Positions 13,847 through 29,468 of a DNA stretch of 64,000 nucleotides are shown here, one piece after another (position 1 is the first letter of the stretch; each line of letters begins with the position of its first letter). Below the pieces are notes generated by a model. That model ran no database searches. It saw only the letters and a list, made by a program, of their open reading frames with translations, and had not been told where the DNA came from. Location: the NCBI GenBank assembly GCA_951406725.2, contig OX597828.1, positions 69,316,001 through 69,380,000 of the forward strand. Direction: 5' to 3'. The position numbers and the translations under genes were made by a program. This DNA comes from Octopus vulgaris. Its lineage: Eukaryota.

Positions 13847-13922
13847 CGCGCGCGTATGATTGTCTATATGAATTTAAATATGCGCATGTATATTTCTGTA
13901 TAAGTGTGTATGTGTGCGTGTT

Positions 13923-14020
<98 letters not shown>

Positions 14021-14145
14021 TCCATATACCTATGCAGTTAGTAACAAATGTATTTATGTATATATTTTGCCGTGTAGGAAGTATGGATTTCTGTGTGTGG
14101 GTGTGTGGGTGGGTGTGCGCGTGCGTGTGTGTGTGTGTGTGTGTA

Positions 14146-14193
<48 letters not shown>

Positions 14194-14584
14194 GCGGTTG
14201 AATGTGTATGTTGGGTTTCTATGTGTTGTACGCGTATGTATGTATGTATGTATGTATGTATGTGTGTGTGTGTGTGGAATGTGCCCGCGTGTGTGTATAT
14301 ATGTATGTGGTGTGTGTGAATGTGGGTGCGGATGTGTGTGTGTCCATGTGTACATGTGTGTGATGTGCCACTCCCTGTCAACTCATTGTTAAAGTTCTCT
14401 TCAAACAGGTTTAACAACCCGAGTAAAAATATCCTATTTCGCTTACTGCTCCATAGTAGTAGTAATAGTAGTAGTAGTGGTGGTAGTGATAGTAGTAGCG
14501 GTGGTGGTAGTGGAAGTGGTAGTCGTTGTTGTACACACTCGCACTTATTATCTATAGATACGTAAGTAGATATTTACATACATA

Positions 14585-15054
<470 letters not shown>

Positions 15055-15056
15055 TA

Positions 15057-16471
<1,415 letters not shown>

Positions 16472-16490
16472 GAGGCCTTAATACTTTATA

Positions 16491-16890
16491 GACGCAGGCG
16501 CGGCTGTGTGGTAAGAAGCTTGCTTACCAACCACCTAGTTCCGGGTTCAATCCCACTGCGTGGCATTTTGGGCAAATGTCTTCTACTCTATTCTCGGGCC
16601 GATCAAAGCCTTGTGAGTGGATTTGGTAGACGGAAATTGAAAGAAGCCCGTCGTGTGTGTATATTTATTTATTTATTTATTTATATGTCGTTTATGTAAA
16701 TTTATTTATGTGTGTGTGTTTGTCCCCCACCATCACTTGACAACCGATGTTGGTGTGTTTAAGTCCCCGTAACTTAGCGGATCGGCAAAAGAGGCCGATA
16801 GAATAAGTACCAGGCTTACTGGGGTCGATTTGTTAGACTAAAGGCGGTGCTCCAGCATGGCTGCAGTCAAATGACTGAAACAAGTAAGTG
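16491..16890 (+). mobile_element. tRNA-derived SINE
   Basis: Head ggctgtgtggtaagaagc..ccgggttcaatccc (A/B boxes); body fragments recur at 27243-27397 and 59385-59460. Confidence 0.8.
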
Positions 16891-16966
16891 AATAAATGCA
16901 TAGTATTCAAATACAAGGGGCATTTTCCTTGTTTTTGCTTGTCTTTGTGTCTCTTGTTTACTCATG

Positions 16967-17016
<50 letters not shown>

Positions 17017-17017
<1 letters not shown>

Positions 17018-17866
17018 CATTTAAATAATGAGGGAGATAAATTGAATATTAATTTAATTAATATATATTTAAAACCAGTAGCTTAGCATATAAAAAATCT
17101 GAAAAATCAGAAAAAATTTCGATACATGTGTATATTTGGGGGTAAAACATCCACTAGGTGGATAGCCATATGCTAGAAGAAGATCACATACGATCTAACT
17201 ACAAAGAAAGAATGTTCTCCAGAGAAAATTCAGCGAACACCAGAACATAGGCAAGCAAGACAAATGAAAATTATATAAAAATCAAGAATTAATCGTATAC
17301 CGGTTTCTACTATTACATATGTATACACATGTATTGAAAGTTTTTCTGATGTTTCATATTTTTTATATGCTAAGCTACAGGTTTTAAATTGATATTACTC
17401 AAATTAATATTCAATTTATCTCCCTCATTATTTAAATGTTAAAATAATTATGTTCTCTAATAGGCAACATTATCTGCAGTAAATTATCTAGCGCAGAACT
17501 GGTTCCGGAATTTAGCGCGCCAGAGCTCAGATATTTGAAAATAACCCCAATGTAATCGGTAAAACTTAGCACGTGTCCGGTTTTTATATAGAAAGCTGGT
17601 GTTTAGTTTTACAAATTATATTGAATGTGGAACGATCGTACTGATGAATCTACGGACGAAGAATTACGTAAGTAATTTATTCGGTAATAGAAGAAACCGG
17701 TATACGATTAATTCTTGATTTTTTTGTAATTTTCATTTGGCTTGCCCGCCTATGTTCTGGTGTTCGCTGAATTTTCTCTGGAGAACATTCTTTCTTTGTA
17801 GTTAGATCGTATGTGATCTTCCTCTAGCATATGGCTATCCACCTTGTGGATTTTTAGCCCTAAATA

Positions 17867-17867
<1 letters not shown>
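17017..17867 (+). mobile_element. Non-coding PLE/retrozyme-like element with inverted partial duplication, flanked by (TA)n
   Basis: 17017-17133 is the reverse complement of 17326-17439; 17133-17316 is the reverse complement of 17684-17867; contains hammerhead. Confidence 0.75.
17635..17708 (+). ncRNA. Type-I hammerhead ribozyme
   Basis: atcgta-CTGATGA-atcta..(cgaagaattac/gtaatttattcg hairpin)..tagaa-GAAA-ccgg-TA-tacgat. Confidence 0.75.
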
Positions 17868-17901
<34 letters not shown>

Positions 17902-18706
17902 GTAATAAATTAATAAATAAATAAAACATATGCATATATACATACATATATGTACGTACCTACCTCTACATGTATATATACATGCATATATGGGTACAGG
18001 ACGCAAAAAAAAACCTCGAACACAATGAGAAACGAAAACATAAACACAAACCCAAGGAAATGGACATTTTTCTTAAACAACGAAAAAATAGAGTACCGGA
18101 CATACAAAACAAGGAAAATTCCCCTTCTTCAGTCGCCTTTGTTTCATCTACTCCACGTTTCGAAGGTCAAGGCGATACCTGACTTTAATGGAACATTCCT
18201 TCCCGCGAAAATCAAATTAAATAAAATTTGAAATTTTTTTGCGAAGGGGTAAAATTGGTAACAAAAACAGGACAGTAACGACAGTACAAAATATAAACAG
18301 TAAAAGACAGGACAAGGAGAATAACAGTAACACAAACAAGAAGGGCTGTTAAGCCGAACGAGATAAAATATTACGAACGCTATTTTTGAGAACGGCGAAG
18401 GAGCAACAGAAAGTGCCGTCTCTACTTGAAGGCAGCCAGGACAGAAAGACAGTAGCAGAGCTCTCGTCGCGGGTCAACGACGGGAGGGAGGAGGAGGAGT
18501 AAGCGAAAGGGAGAGAAAAAAAGGGAATGGTTATAGAGAAAAGAATGAAGAATGAGAGAGAGAGAGAGAGGGACAGTAAGGTAGAAGAAAAGGAAAGCCA
18601 AAAGAATGAAGGCTGAGAAAGGGAGGGGGAGAGAAAGGTTAAGAGTGCGCATCATTATTAATATTAAGAACAATCTTACTTAGAAATGGATGCGTGCGTT
18701 CCGTCA

Positions 18707-19728
18707 TCTTTATATATATAAAACTGAGAATGTGTCTCTGTCTGTCTGTCTGTGTGTTTCCCTAAAACTTGAGAACTACACAACCAATTTCATTCAAATT
18801 TTACACATGCCTTACTTAGGGTCCATGTAGTTTCATGGGCAAAAAAAGTTCAACTTCTTGCCTAGAGCGAGCCCATAGCAATATCATATCTTCTCCACTA
18901 TTTCAGCATTACGTGTTAAAAGCGAAACAAAAATATTTCTCTATTTTATGTCAGATGCCTTCACTTTAACAATAAAAATAATAATAACAATTGAATTATA
19001 TGCAATAAGTAATAATTAAAATCAAACTAAAGTATAATATAATCGTAACATAACAAAAGTAAAAATAGCAATTGGTATAAAATTGCATCAATGATTTGAA
19101 CTTGAATAAGTGGTTTTACATGAATGGGAATAAATTAAAAATAAAATTAGCGTGCAAAAATGGAATAGTCCAGATGGATAATAAAAAATTAAATTAAAGA
19201 AAAGACTATTGTCTATAAAGTATACAATGTAGAGAAAAAAGAAGATTTGAACACACTTCGAGAAGTGTCTTGGTGCGACTATGAAATATATCTAATCAGA
19301 GGCGATAAATTCGTCACAATAGAAGCAAGGTTCGAGTCAACGGAGCGTGCAAGGGAGTACTCGACTCGAACTTGCAAAGTGGAAATATTTTATTTTTACC
19401 TTTATATCTGGGACGTAGGACGTCCCGGGAAAAAGTTTTAATGCCCCCCCCCCGAAGTAGAGGTAGGCTGGATTGTAGCCACACCTGTATACAAGAGGGA
19501 GGACAAGATACAATTGATTGAAATTACAAGAGACGGGCTAACAATTCCAGTCTATTATATATTTTGAGTATTGTTATAACTAGCGATATCAAGATATAAC
19601 TTTGTATTTTGCATTTTATGTGTAGATATATATATATATATAGATGTACATGTAATATGTACACATATATATACACATATATACTTGCACTAGCACTATG
19701 ACCCGGCAACAACGGGTCTTTAATGCTA

Positions 19729-19729
<1 letters not shown>
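18707..19729 (+). mobile_element. Non-autonomous Helitron-like element(s), possibly composite
   Basis: A|TC..tatatataaaa 5' end with (TGTC)n; 3' hairpin gacccggcaacaacgggtc followed by CTAG|T, same terminus as 49344-49382. Confidence 0.55.
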
Positions 19730-19765
<36 letters not shown>

Positions 19766-19816
19766 CACACACACACACGCATATACATACATACATCAAC
19801 TCACCTACGTTGTCAC

Positions 19817-19875
<59 letters not shown>

Positions 19876-20252
19876 TGTGTGTATGTATTTGTACAAAAAG
19901 CGGTTAAATCAGAGAATGGTGTATTTTATTGGCAGACTTCTGTCAATTAATCCCCACATAAGGCTAAAATGGTCCCAGATTTTTCTTCTTTAAAAAGTTA
20001 GGCTTACGTAAAAGGAAATTATAATGACATGATCATCAGACGTAATCGACCAGAGATTTCAGTTTTGGATTCTTTTGTCTATGGCGATACTTTCGAGAGT
20101 TATGTCCCTTGGATTGGTGGAAGTGAAAAATCCATATGAAAATCCATGAAAGCAAACTCGACCTCGGCGAAATTTGAACTCAGAACGTAGCGGCAGACGA
20201 AACACCGCTAAGCATTTCACTCGGTGTGCTGACGATTCTGCCAGCTCACCGT

Positions 20253-20342
<90 letters not shown>

Positions 20343-20622
20343 AAGAAGAAGAAGAAGAAGAAGGAGGAGGAGGAGGAGGAGGAGGAGAAGAAGAAGAAGA
20401 AGAAGAGGAGGAGGAGGAGGAGGAGGAGGAGAAGAAGAAGAAGAAGAAGAAGAAGAAGAAGGAGGAGGAGGAGGAGGAGGAGGAGGAGGAGGAGGAGGAG
20501 AAGGAGGAGGAGGAGGAGGAGGAGGAGGAGGAGGAGGAGGAGGAAGAAGAAGAAGAAGAAGAAGAAGAAGAAGAAGAAGAAGAAGAAGAAGAAGAAGAAG
20601 AAGAAGAAGAAGAAGAAGAAGC
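20253..20622. repeat. Compound (AAT)n-(AAG)n-(GGA)n-(GAA)n tract adjoining a SINE head (20153-20252, minus)
   Basis: Direct reading. Confidence 0.95.
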
Positions 20623-20899
20623 AATAACGCATCAGTGGCTGAGAAGTTGGGCTAGCAAGGAAAAATCATGCTTTTGGTTTAATATAAACCTCTAATGAAT
20701 GACCAGTGATATGTTACCGCACTTTTCGGGGTACTCAACAGGTTTGCCAATTTCATTTCTCTCTCATAAAATTGACGGACTCCCTTCTTGTGTAGTAGAG
20801 AGAATGTCCATGAAGGTGTATATTGATATACTACTAATATCTTTTCCTCTTTCAGCTTTGTATTATGAACATTACCCTAAATTTTCTTGACCACGGCTA

Positions 20900-23115
20900 C
20901 TACACGATGCAAAAATTCATCAGATTATTTATGTTATGTGTATGAATACTCTGTTGAGACAAATCATATATATCACATAAAATTGGGAAAAGCGCCAAAA
21001 ACTGGATTGCTTACAGACTCAACTTTGGTGTGAATTTGGGTAACCAAAATAAGCCTTGGGCCCCCATGTAATATGTAGAAGTCGTCGATTAAATTTAGAA
21101 GGATGGTTAAGAGGTGCAAGTAGACCCATTCCCTTTACTATTCCAAGAGAACCGAAAAAAAAAGACCATCACTATGGTTGCTATTATTGCGTGATTTACA
21201 TAACGAAGTACAGGAAAGTTAAAACAAGACAAGCATTTCGGTATCCCAGTATAGCATCTTCCATTGCAACTGTACCACTTGGTGACAAGTTACTGGTACC
21301 ACGACGATCAGAAAATGCAGGAAAATCCCATTACAATGCTTAAATTAAATTGAAAATTCATATGCTAAATAAAATAATCAAAATTCAAAGGTTAAAACAT
21401 TTAGCTCAGTTTTCTTTTAATGTTATCATTACTAATTAAGCTCATACCCTGGATCAAGTTATAATATGCAAACGTTTTATCTTGTCAGGTAGAAGATACT
21501 ATGGAAGTGTCATCAGGAGAGTCTGAAGGTAATAACAACCAAGAAATGGATGATGCATTCGAACCAAGAATGAATGCCTGCTCGCACATTCCAAATCGAC
21601 GTGAACTGAGTGATCTCAGGGACTTAGGGTTCAGCAAGTCAGAAGCTGAACTTTTAGCATCCAGGCTCAAGGAATGGAATTTATTAGGGGCCGGGGGGGG
21701 GGCTGCAAATCAACAGTGTGCAAGAAACGACATTGAAGTATACTTTGATATTTGTGAAGGTCTTTGTTTCTGCAAAGATACAAATGAATTGTTTGCATCT
21801 ATTGGAATTGATTAAGAGACAAAAAAAAAAGGCGACTTTTCACAGACAACTCAGCAAGAAGCCTCGAAGCAGTTTTGCTGCATAATTAACATCAGTATCC
21901 ATTTCTGATTATCGCATACTCTGTACAGATGAAGGAAGAATATGGAAATGTCAAAAAGTTTCTTGAGAAAGTAAACTATGCAGGCGCTAAGTGGGATGTT
22001 AGTGGTGATTTTAAGATGCGTGTATTATTGCTTGGATTGCAATGTGGATACACAAAATATTTTAGCTTTCTTTGCCTGTGGGACAGCAGAGATGATGATG
22101 GACATTACCGGAATGTTGAGTGTCCTCCACGAACTGACATGCAGTCAGGGAAGGAAAATGTTATAAGAGAACCCCTTTTATAGCCTGATAAGGCTTTGTT
22201 ACCTCCACTTCACACAAAACTGGATTTCGTCAAACAGTCTGTAAAGCCCTTAAATCATGATGAAGAAGCCTTTCAAGAAATTTGTTTACTTTTTCTAAAG
22301 GTGGAATCTTTACTGGACCGCAAATAAGGACAATGTTGAGGTTCGAGAACCTTGAAAAGCTAATGAGTGACATCGAAAGAGAGGCATAGTGTGCATGTGG
22401 CATAGTGTGCGTGTGGCATAGTCCATGGTCTCCTAAGATCCCAACAACAAGATGCTGGTGGAAAAGCTTATTGAAAGTTGTCAAAAGTTAGGCTGTCGAA
22501 TGTCCTTAAAGGTGTGTTTTTTGCATTCACATTTAGACTACTTTCCTCAAAACTCAGGTCACGTCAATGAGGAGTATGGGGAAAGATTCCATCAGGACAT
22601 TGCTACAATGGAAGAGAGAAGTGATACAAAGGAAGATAGGACACTACCAAAATGGGAGATTATACATGGTGATTGACCCTTAAAGATAAAGGGGCCCACG
22701 GGAGCAAATCATTATTTATTTCTTGTATAATCTCATCATGTGTCAATATTTTCTGTTTAGCTTCAAGTGAAATGCAAAATTGATTCCAAAAATATTCTTT
22801 TCTACTCTAGGCACAAGGACCGAAATATCTGGTCGACCCCAGTACGCAGCTGGTACTTAATTTATCGACCTCGAAAGGATGAAAGGCAAAGTCGATCTCG
22901 GCGAGATACCAAAAATATTACTTGATTGATATTGTCGCACAATCTGAATAAAAGTCAACCGGAACGAAGTAAATTTTTCTTACAATATAAAACCATGATT
23001 ATCTCTTAAAATGTCGGTGGTTGGCGAAGTCGAAGGCTATTTTTGAAATCAAAAGGGGGAAAAAACACCAAGAAACGTTGCGAAAATTAAAATTAAAAAT
23101 AGGTGTCGCACAGTG
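20900..23115 (+). mobile_element. Decayed Chapaev3-like (CMC superfamily) DNA transposon
   Basis: Transposase motifs PHVIC..L.GW, REP..DH..CYYC, SKSEAELLASRLKEWNL, GDFKM..LLGLQ.GYTK..FLCLWDSRD, MSLK..FLHSHLDYFP..E.GERFHQDI; right end ..cacagtg|TAA; left end unclear; SINE insert ~22797-22910. Confidence 0.75.
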
Positions 23116-23768
23116 TAAAATAATCTTCGTAGAAACTACGTTTCAAACAAAAGATGGCTTGAGCTGAGATTAAACAATAACAACAACAATAATAAACAAA
23201 CAAGAGAATAATTTTTGTTTTTATATGTTTTTAATCCATAACTACTAAACCTTGTTATAATTACTCCATTCAAAATCAAAACACTGGGTTCATTCTTGAC
23301 TGTTGACAAAATATATAGGATGAATTGTGAAAAATAAAAAAAGGGTTTTGCATCATATATTATACACACACGCGCGTGCGCGGACATGCATGCAACCATA
23401 CATAAATACATACATACATACATACATACATACATACATACATACATACATACATACATACATACATACATACATACATGCATGCATACATACATACATA
23501 CATGCATGCATGCATACATACATACATACATACATACATACATTCATACATACATACATACATACATACATACATACATACATACATACATACATACATA
23601 CATACATACATACATACATACATACATACATACATACATACATACATGCGTACATACACAGATACAGACAGACACACACGTTATGTGCACTGTGTTACTC
23701 TTATCACTATCAAAAGCGGTGCTAGTCAGTTACCCTTTGTCACTTTTTTTACCTCTCTCTGTCACTCT

Positions 23769-23975
23769 GTGACCGCGTGTGTATTGTTGGCGATTTTTTT
23801 TCCTCCGTTTTCCCTTCCTTGGATCTTTCCCTTTTCTATGTTTCTGACGAAGATCTCCACTCGAAACATTAAATCCTCCTTTTTTCTTTCCTTCCTGAGC
23901 GTCCAATAACACTATACTTGTTCCACGTCATCGCGTTGTTGTGTTTTCTCTTTATGTTTTCATCTTTGGATTAAC
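23769..23975 (+). mobile_element. PLE pLTR-like repeat with decayed hammerhead (copy 1)
   Basis: Similar to 24396-24595; tttCTGACGAagatctccactcGAAAcattaaat. Confidence 0.6.
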
Positions 23976-23977
23976 TT

Positions 23978-24052
<75 letters not shown>

Positions 24053-24107
24053 GGTGCCCCTGCATGGCCACAGCTCATGAGCTGAAACTAAAATCAATCA
24101 ATCAATC

Positions 24108-24201
<94 letters not shown>

Positions 24202-24395
24202 TATATGTATATATTGATATATAGAAATATATAGTTATATAGGTGTGCGTACAGAGACAAAGCCGGAGACAGATACACACACACACGCACACACACGCAC
24301 ATACACACGCACACACACACACGCACACACACATATATATATATATATATTCATAATATATCTATATATCTCTATTTGTTTATATATTTCAATAT

Positions 24396-24595
24396 GTGAC
24401 CGCGTGTGTATCGTTGGCGATTTTCTTTCTCCGTCATCCCTTCTTTGGACTTTTTCTATATTTCTGATGAAGAGCCCTGCTCGAAACGTGAAATCCTCTT
24501 TCTTTTCTTTCCATTCCTGAGCGTCCAATAACACTGTACTTATTCCACGTTGTCGCGTTGTTGTTTTTTCTTGCTTGTTCATATTTGGATTGACT
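24396..24595 (+). mobile_element. PLE pLTR-like repeat with hammerhead motif at 24460-24494 (copy 2)
   Basis: attt-CTGATGA-a-gagc(cct)gctc-GAAA-cg-TG-aaat; G at the cleavage position would be inactivating. Confidence 0.65.
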
Positions 24596-24764
24596 GTGTC
24601 AATCTCTTCTGCCATTCCAAATTATAGTTGGGTATTACCTTCCTTAGTTCATTCTGTTACAATAATAGGAACAGACAAGTAATTCTTTAATTCTCTAGTT
24701 CTGATGAAAAAATTGCTAAAAAAAATTATAATGGAGTATCATGTATGTTGAAAACCTATATGAT

Positions 24765-24853
24765 CTTATGTTCCGAGGAAGGCGGTGTATTTCAAATTGA
24801 TGTATTTCTTGCATTAATCGATTAAATGGAGCCGCCTGAAACGGTCGTAATGC
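24765..24853 (+). ncRNA. Hammerhead-like motif with CCGAGGA core
   Basis: CCGAGGA-aggcgg...ccgcct-GAAA-cgg-TC-gtaa; perfect 6-bp stem II, poor stem I. Confidence 0.45.
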
Positions 24854-24885
24854 ACTAATACTTTAACATCCTTGTTATTTATCTG

Positions 24886-24963
<78 letters not shown>

Positions 24964-24964
<1 letters not shown>

Positions 24965-25260
24965 TTAAAGTGGACAACAAACTTTAAGGCAAGACAAACA
25001 TCTCAAGTTATAAACATTATTATTATTATTGGAAAAATTAGGAAAATTTATCCAATAATAATAATAACATATATGACTTAAGATGTTTGCCTTGCCTTAA
25101 TGCTTGTTGTCCTCTTTAACAATTATATATCCGCTATATCGGAAATCTGCAATGGCTCCATAACTCCCACCTCGGCAATGATCTTGGAGCTCTGGTAATC
25201 CGTTACGGCACTTACCTAGCGTACCTAGTCGTTTAGATCACCTGTGAACTAAACCCCCAT

Positions 25261-25262
<2 letters not shown>
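24964..25262. mobile_element. TA-flanked element with 5' imperfect palindrome (24964-25120)
   Basis: gttaaagtggacaacaa..aaggcaagacaaacatct / agatgtttgccttgcctt..ttgttgtcctctttaac. Confidence 0.55.
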
Positions 25263-25333
<71 letters not shown>

Positions 25334-26077
25334 ATGTATGTATGTATGTATGTATGCATGTATGTATTTATGTATGTATGTATGTATGTATGTATAAATG
25401 TATGTATATATACTCTACTTATATCTAATTATACACATGTATGTGTATTGATGTGTTGTACATCTAAAGCATGGAGCATCAATATAGATTTATTGTTTGT
25501 TTCTTCCTTATCCATATATGACCCCCACACCTGATATGTACATATCGGACCCTCGTTATCATATCTCAACCATCAGTAAACTTATTCACCCATTCTTCTA
25601 TCTAACAACCCACCCACTCACCCAACTATACACCTTTTAATTAATCATTCATCCGTCCATCCACCCACCCGTCCGGCCATCCACCCATACATCCATTCTC
25701 CCTCTCATCCCACCCGCACATCCATCCGTCCATTCAAACGTTCATCTACCCATTCAGTGAACCACTCATTCCTTCCTTCCACCCTCCATTGCATTTGCCT
25801 TCACTTCATTCGTTCGTTCGTCTGTGCGTTCGTCCGTGCGTTCGTTCGTTCGTCTGTGCGTTCCTTCCTTCCTTCCTTCATTCACCATTGCATGACATTA
25901 CAATTTCGTTTTGTCACGAAGAACTTAAAGAATTCACCACAACGATTTTGGAAAAGAAATATTTTATGCAGATAAAATTTCTTAGTAATTCAGGAAAGAA
26001 AAATTGAAATGTAAGCAGTTAAGATATATTTAAAACGATTAAAGATCATACAAATGTTAAAAGCAAAAGAAAAATAT

Positions 26078-26136
<59 letters not shown>

Positions 26137-26245
26137 GTGTATACATAGATATATATATACACGTATATATATATATATGTATATATGTGTGTGTGTATGT
26201 GGGTGTGTGTTAATGAAAATTTAACTAAAGCATCAGAATATGCCT

Positions 26246-26251
26246 TTTATT
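26246..26251 (-). promoter_or_regulatory. Putative polyadenylation signal of gene B
   Basis: AATAAA on minus strand 22 nt after the TAA stop. Confidence 0.55.
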
Positions 26252-26273
26252 GTTGTTGGAGGCCATGATGGTT

Positions 26274-26357
26274 TTACGCTCTGGCCGGCGGAGTTTCAAT
26301 GGTGGTGGTGGTTGTCACAGTCTTTGCGTGACTTGTCGACGTTGTCGTTGTGTGGGT
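26274..26357 (-). CDS. Gene B terminal coding exon: THTTTTSTSHAKTVTTTTTIETPPARA*
   Basis: cttttatcttccacag acceptor, phase 0, TAA stop, AATAAA downstream; isolated non-repetitive island; no paralog in window to confirm. Confidence 0.7.
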   Translation of the reverse strand, partial: THTTTTSTSHAKTVTTTTTIETPPARA

Positions 26358-26467
26358 CTGTGGAAGATAAAAGATTGAAAACAAAATACCAATTAAATAT
26401 ACTTGAAAGAGAAACCAACCAAATGCATAAATTGTCAAGTTACAAATGGGTTAACAGCTTAAATGAT

Positions 26468-26504
<37 letters not shown>

Positions 26505-26509
<5 letters not shown>

Positions 26510-26973
26510 TTAATAAGGGTGAGAGAATTAGATACTAATTTAATAGTATATCTATTCAACACCAAGTGGCCTAGTGCTCCGAGAAACCTGGATTATTATA
26601 ATATTTTATAATATATTATAATATTTTTACAAAATAAATATAAGAGAGTGGTCACTATATGGCTCACTCTAGCACTAGTTAATCCAAAAGGTTTCAACCA
26701 CAAAAATACATGTTTCCCATGAAAGTCAGTACGATTGTTAGCTCACACGGACAGGGCAAATAAAAAATAACAAATACAGATTATTTTGGGACAATTGTTT
26801 CGCTTTAATAGCGAAACAATTGTCCCAAAATAATCTGTATTTTTGTTATTTTTTATTTGCCCTGTCCGTGTGAGCTAACAATCGTACTGACTTTCATGGG
26901 AAACATGTATTTTTGTGGTTGAAACCTTTTGGATTAACTAGTGCTAGAGTGAGCCATATAGTGACCACTCTCT
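26505..26973. mobile_element. PLE/retrozyme-like fold-back insertion; near-perfect palindrome 26643-26973
   Basis: ~162-bp arms, 5-nt loop at 26805-26809; right arm starts with hammerhead 3' half gc-GAAA-caattg-TC; flanked by (TA)n. Confidence 0.8.
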
Positions 26974-26977
26974 ATTA

Positions 26978-27085
<108 letters not shown>

Positions 27086-28473
27086 CATATATATGATTTC
27101 ACTTTAATAAGTCTATGCTTATATGCTTTCCACTGACAAAGTTTTAAAACAAATTATCCATTATTATATATATGTGTGTGTCTGTGTGTATATGTATATA
27201 TATATAAATACATATATAAGTATTTATGTAAAGTTATCCACACCCGCTTGACAGCCGATGTTGGTGTGTTTACATCGCCGCAACCGAGCGGTTTAGCAAA
27301 AGAAGCAAATGGAATAAGTACAAGGTATTAAAAAAACAAGTACTGGAGTCGATTCATTAGACTAAAGACTCTTCAAGGCATTCCCCCAGCATGGCCACTC
27401 CTGGTGAATTACCTCACTCTGTATAGTCCTAGCTATAAGGTATACGGTGCTAGGTAATTTAAATGTAAAACCGTGTTTTAATTATATGCAAAAGAAAAGA
27501 AATGGAGTAAGAATTAACAATGAGAAGTTGATCATTGGTGTTAAAAAGTCACTGTTTAATTGTAGTTCGGAACCATTTACAGCTGCTTCTGTTTATCAAA
27601 TCGGAGTAAATTTACATTTACCTCGTTACATTTAACAAACATCTTCAGAATGATTTTAGAGGGAAAAGAAAGGCAAAAAAAAAAAGAAAAAGGGAAAAAA
27701 GTTCTTTAAGTCTTTAGGCTTACATTTTAGTGACTTATTGGGTTCTATGTGTTTGTAGTTCCCTTCATTAGATGCATAGGACAGTAAGTGGGAACAATGA
27801 CTTTTTGATCGGCGGTGTTGGCCGAAGGAGTTATACCTAATAACAACAACGGATATCTCCATCAGGTATATACCAACACTAGCGCCACTGAGGGTAATAT
27901 TCTCTGCGATCGTATAAAAGCTTTTTTCAGAGTTATTTACTTTGAATTGTTATTATGTCATATCTGATTAGCCTGTTATTACATAACATGCTTCACGATT
28001 TTAGTATACATACCTTATTAGTATTTCCTCCCAAGTTCTTTATACTCTGGGAATGTATTAAAGCCCTTTTCGGGGCTACTTTATTTGAATTCTTACTATC
28101 GGGTAATTAATTTCATGTTATTACATAACTGACTTTACAATTTGGGTATTCATAACTTATTGGGAATTCTTAAAAACAAGATCCTGTGTAAGACAGTTCG
28201 GTATTCTCAATAAATGCACAAAAACTGTTTTAAGGGCTATATATTTTGTATTGCTGTTACTGGATTAGCGAAACAATTATGAGAGCAGAACCAAGGGATA
28301 AGCCACGCTTTCCCGGGAATTACGGGGTACGTCAACTAGTATATACATATGTATACATGTATGTATGTATATATATATTTGCATCTATCTATCTATCTAT
28401 ATAAACAAAAAATTCAGGGTGAATAGTTGATAGCTGTAAGCACCTGTATATGCCAGTTAGCTATCAAGTATTC

Positions 28474-28572
<99 letters not shown>

Positions 28573-29468
28573 TATTACCATCATTTAACGTCCATTTTCC
28601 ATGCTGGTATGGGTTGGGTGGTTTGACGGGATCCATCAAACTATAGGACTGCATTGAGCTCCTATATCTTCTTTCTGCTGAGGAACCACTGAATTTGCTC
28701 TACAATAAGACACCTGTTCCTTTCTTGCTATCATATTTTCGCCTCTCATCACCTGGCACAGACCACATCCCTCAAATCTACCCACACCCAGCCATTCTCG
28801 CCTAAGTGGTCTTGTTTTGTATCGTATCTGGCAACCTCACTAGTGCTGGTGTCATGAGAAAAGCAATAAAGAAACATTAAGTAAACTTCGTAAACTGGTT
28901 GGCGTTAGGAAGAACGGCCTGGTGTGGAACGGACATTGGAGCTGTGCGCAATCTCCTGGCTCACCGGATTCAGTGGGATCGTCCAACCTATGCCAGTATG
29001 GAACACAAATTTTAAATGATGATGAAGAGGAGGAAGAAGAGGAGGAGGGGCATTGAAAATAAAGAAGCAGTCCAGGACTAAGGACAAGTGAAATGTCACA
29101 GAGTCAAATGAAAGGCATTGTTTCTTTTAGCTCTAAGCATTTTGAGTTCGGATCCTACTTCCTGTGATTAGAGAACATGCATCTTTTGTGACCTGGCAAA
29201 AACAGAGATGTGTGCTTGGGTATTCCTTAAGCAAGCACTTCAGTAACTTCAGCTGACCATGCTTTATAGCAGCAGAAAATTCAAGTGGATTCGAAATTTG
29301 CGCGTGCGCGCGCGTGTGTGTTTAGGATATAGCTCGTGCTCTCTGCTGAAAACAACAATGTGTCTTTAAAATGTAACAATAAAATGGTAAAAAACGAGTA
29401 ATCGTCTGCTGAAAGAAAGTATACGATTTATGATTACAGACTTTAGGTAGCCTTAGGTGGATACTTAC

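Noticed and set aside
18150-18210. ccttc-GAAA-cgtg hammerhead-like 3' half on minus strand
   Set aside because: No recognisable CUGANGA core or stem I
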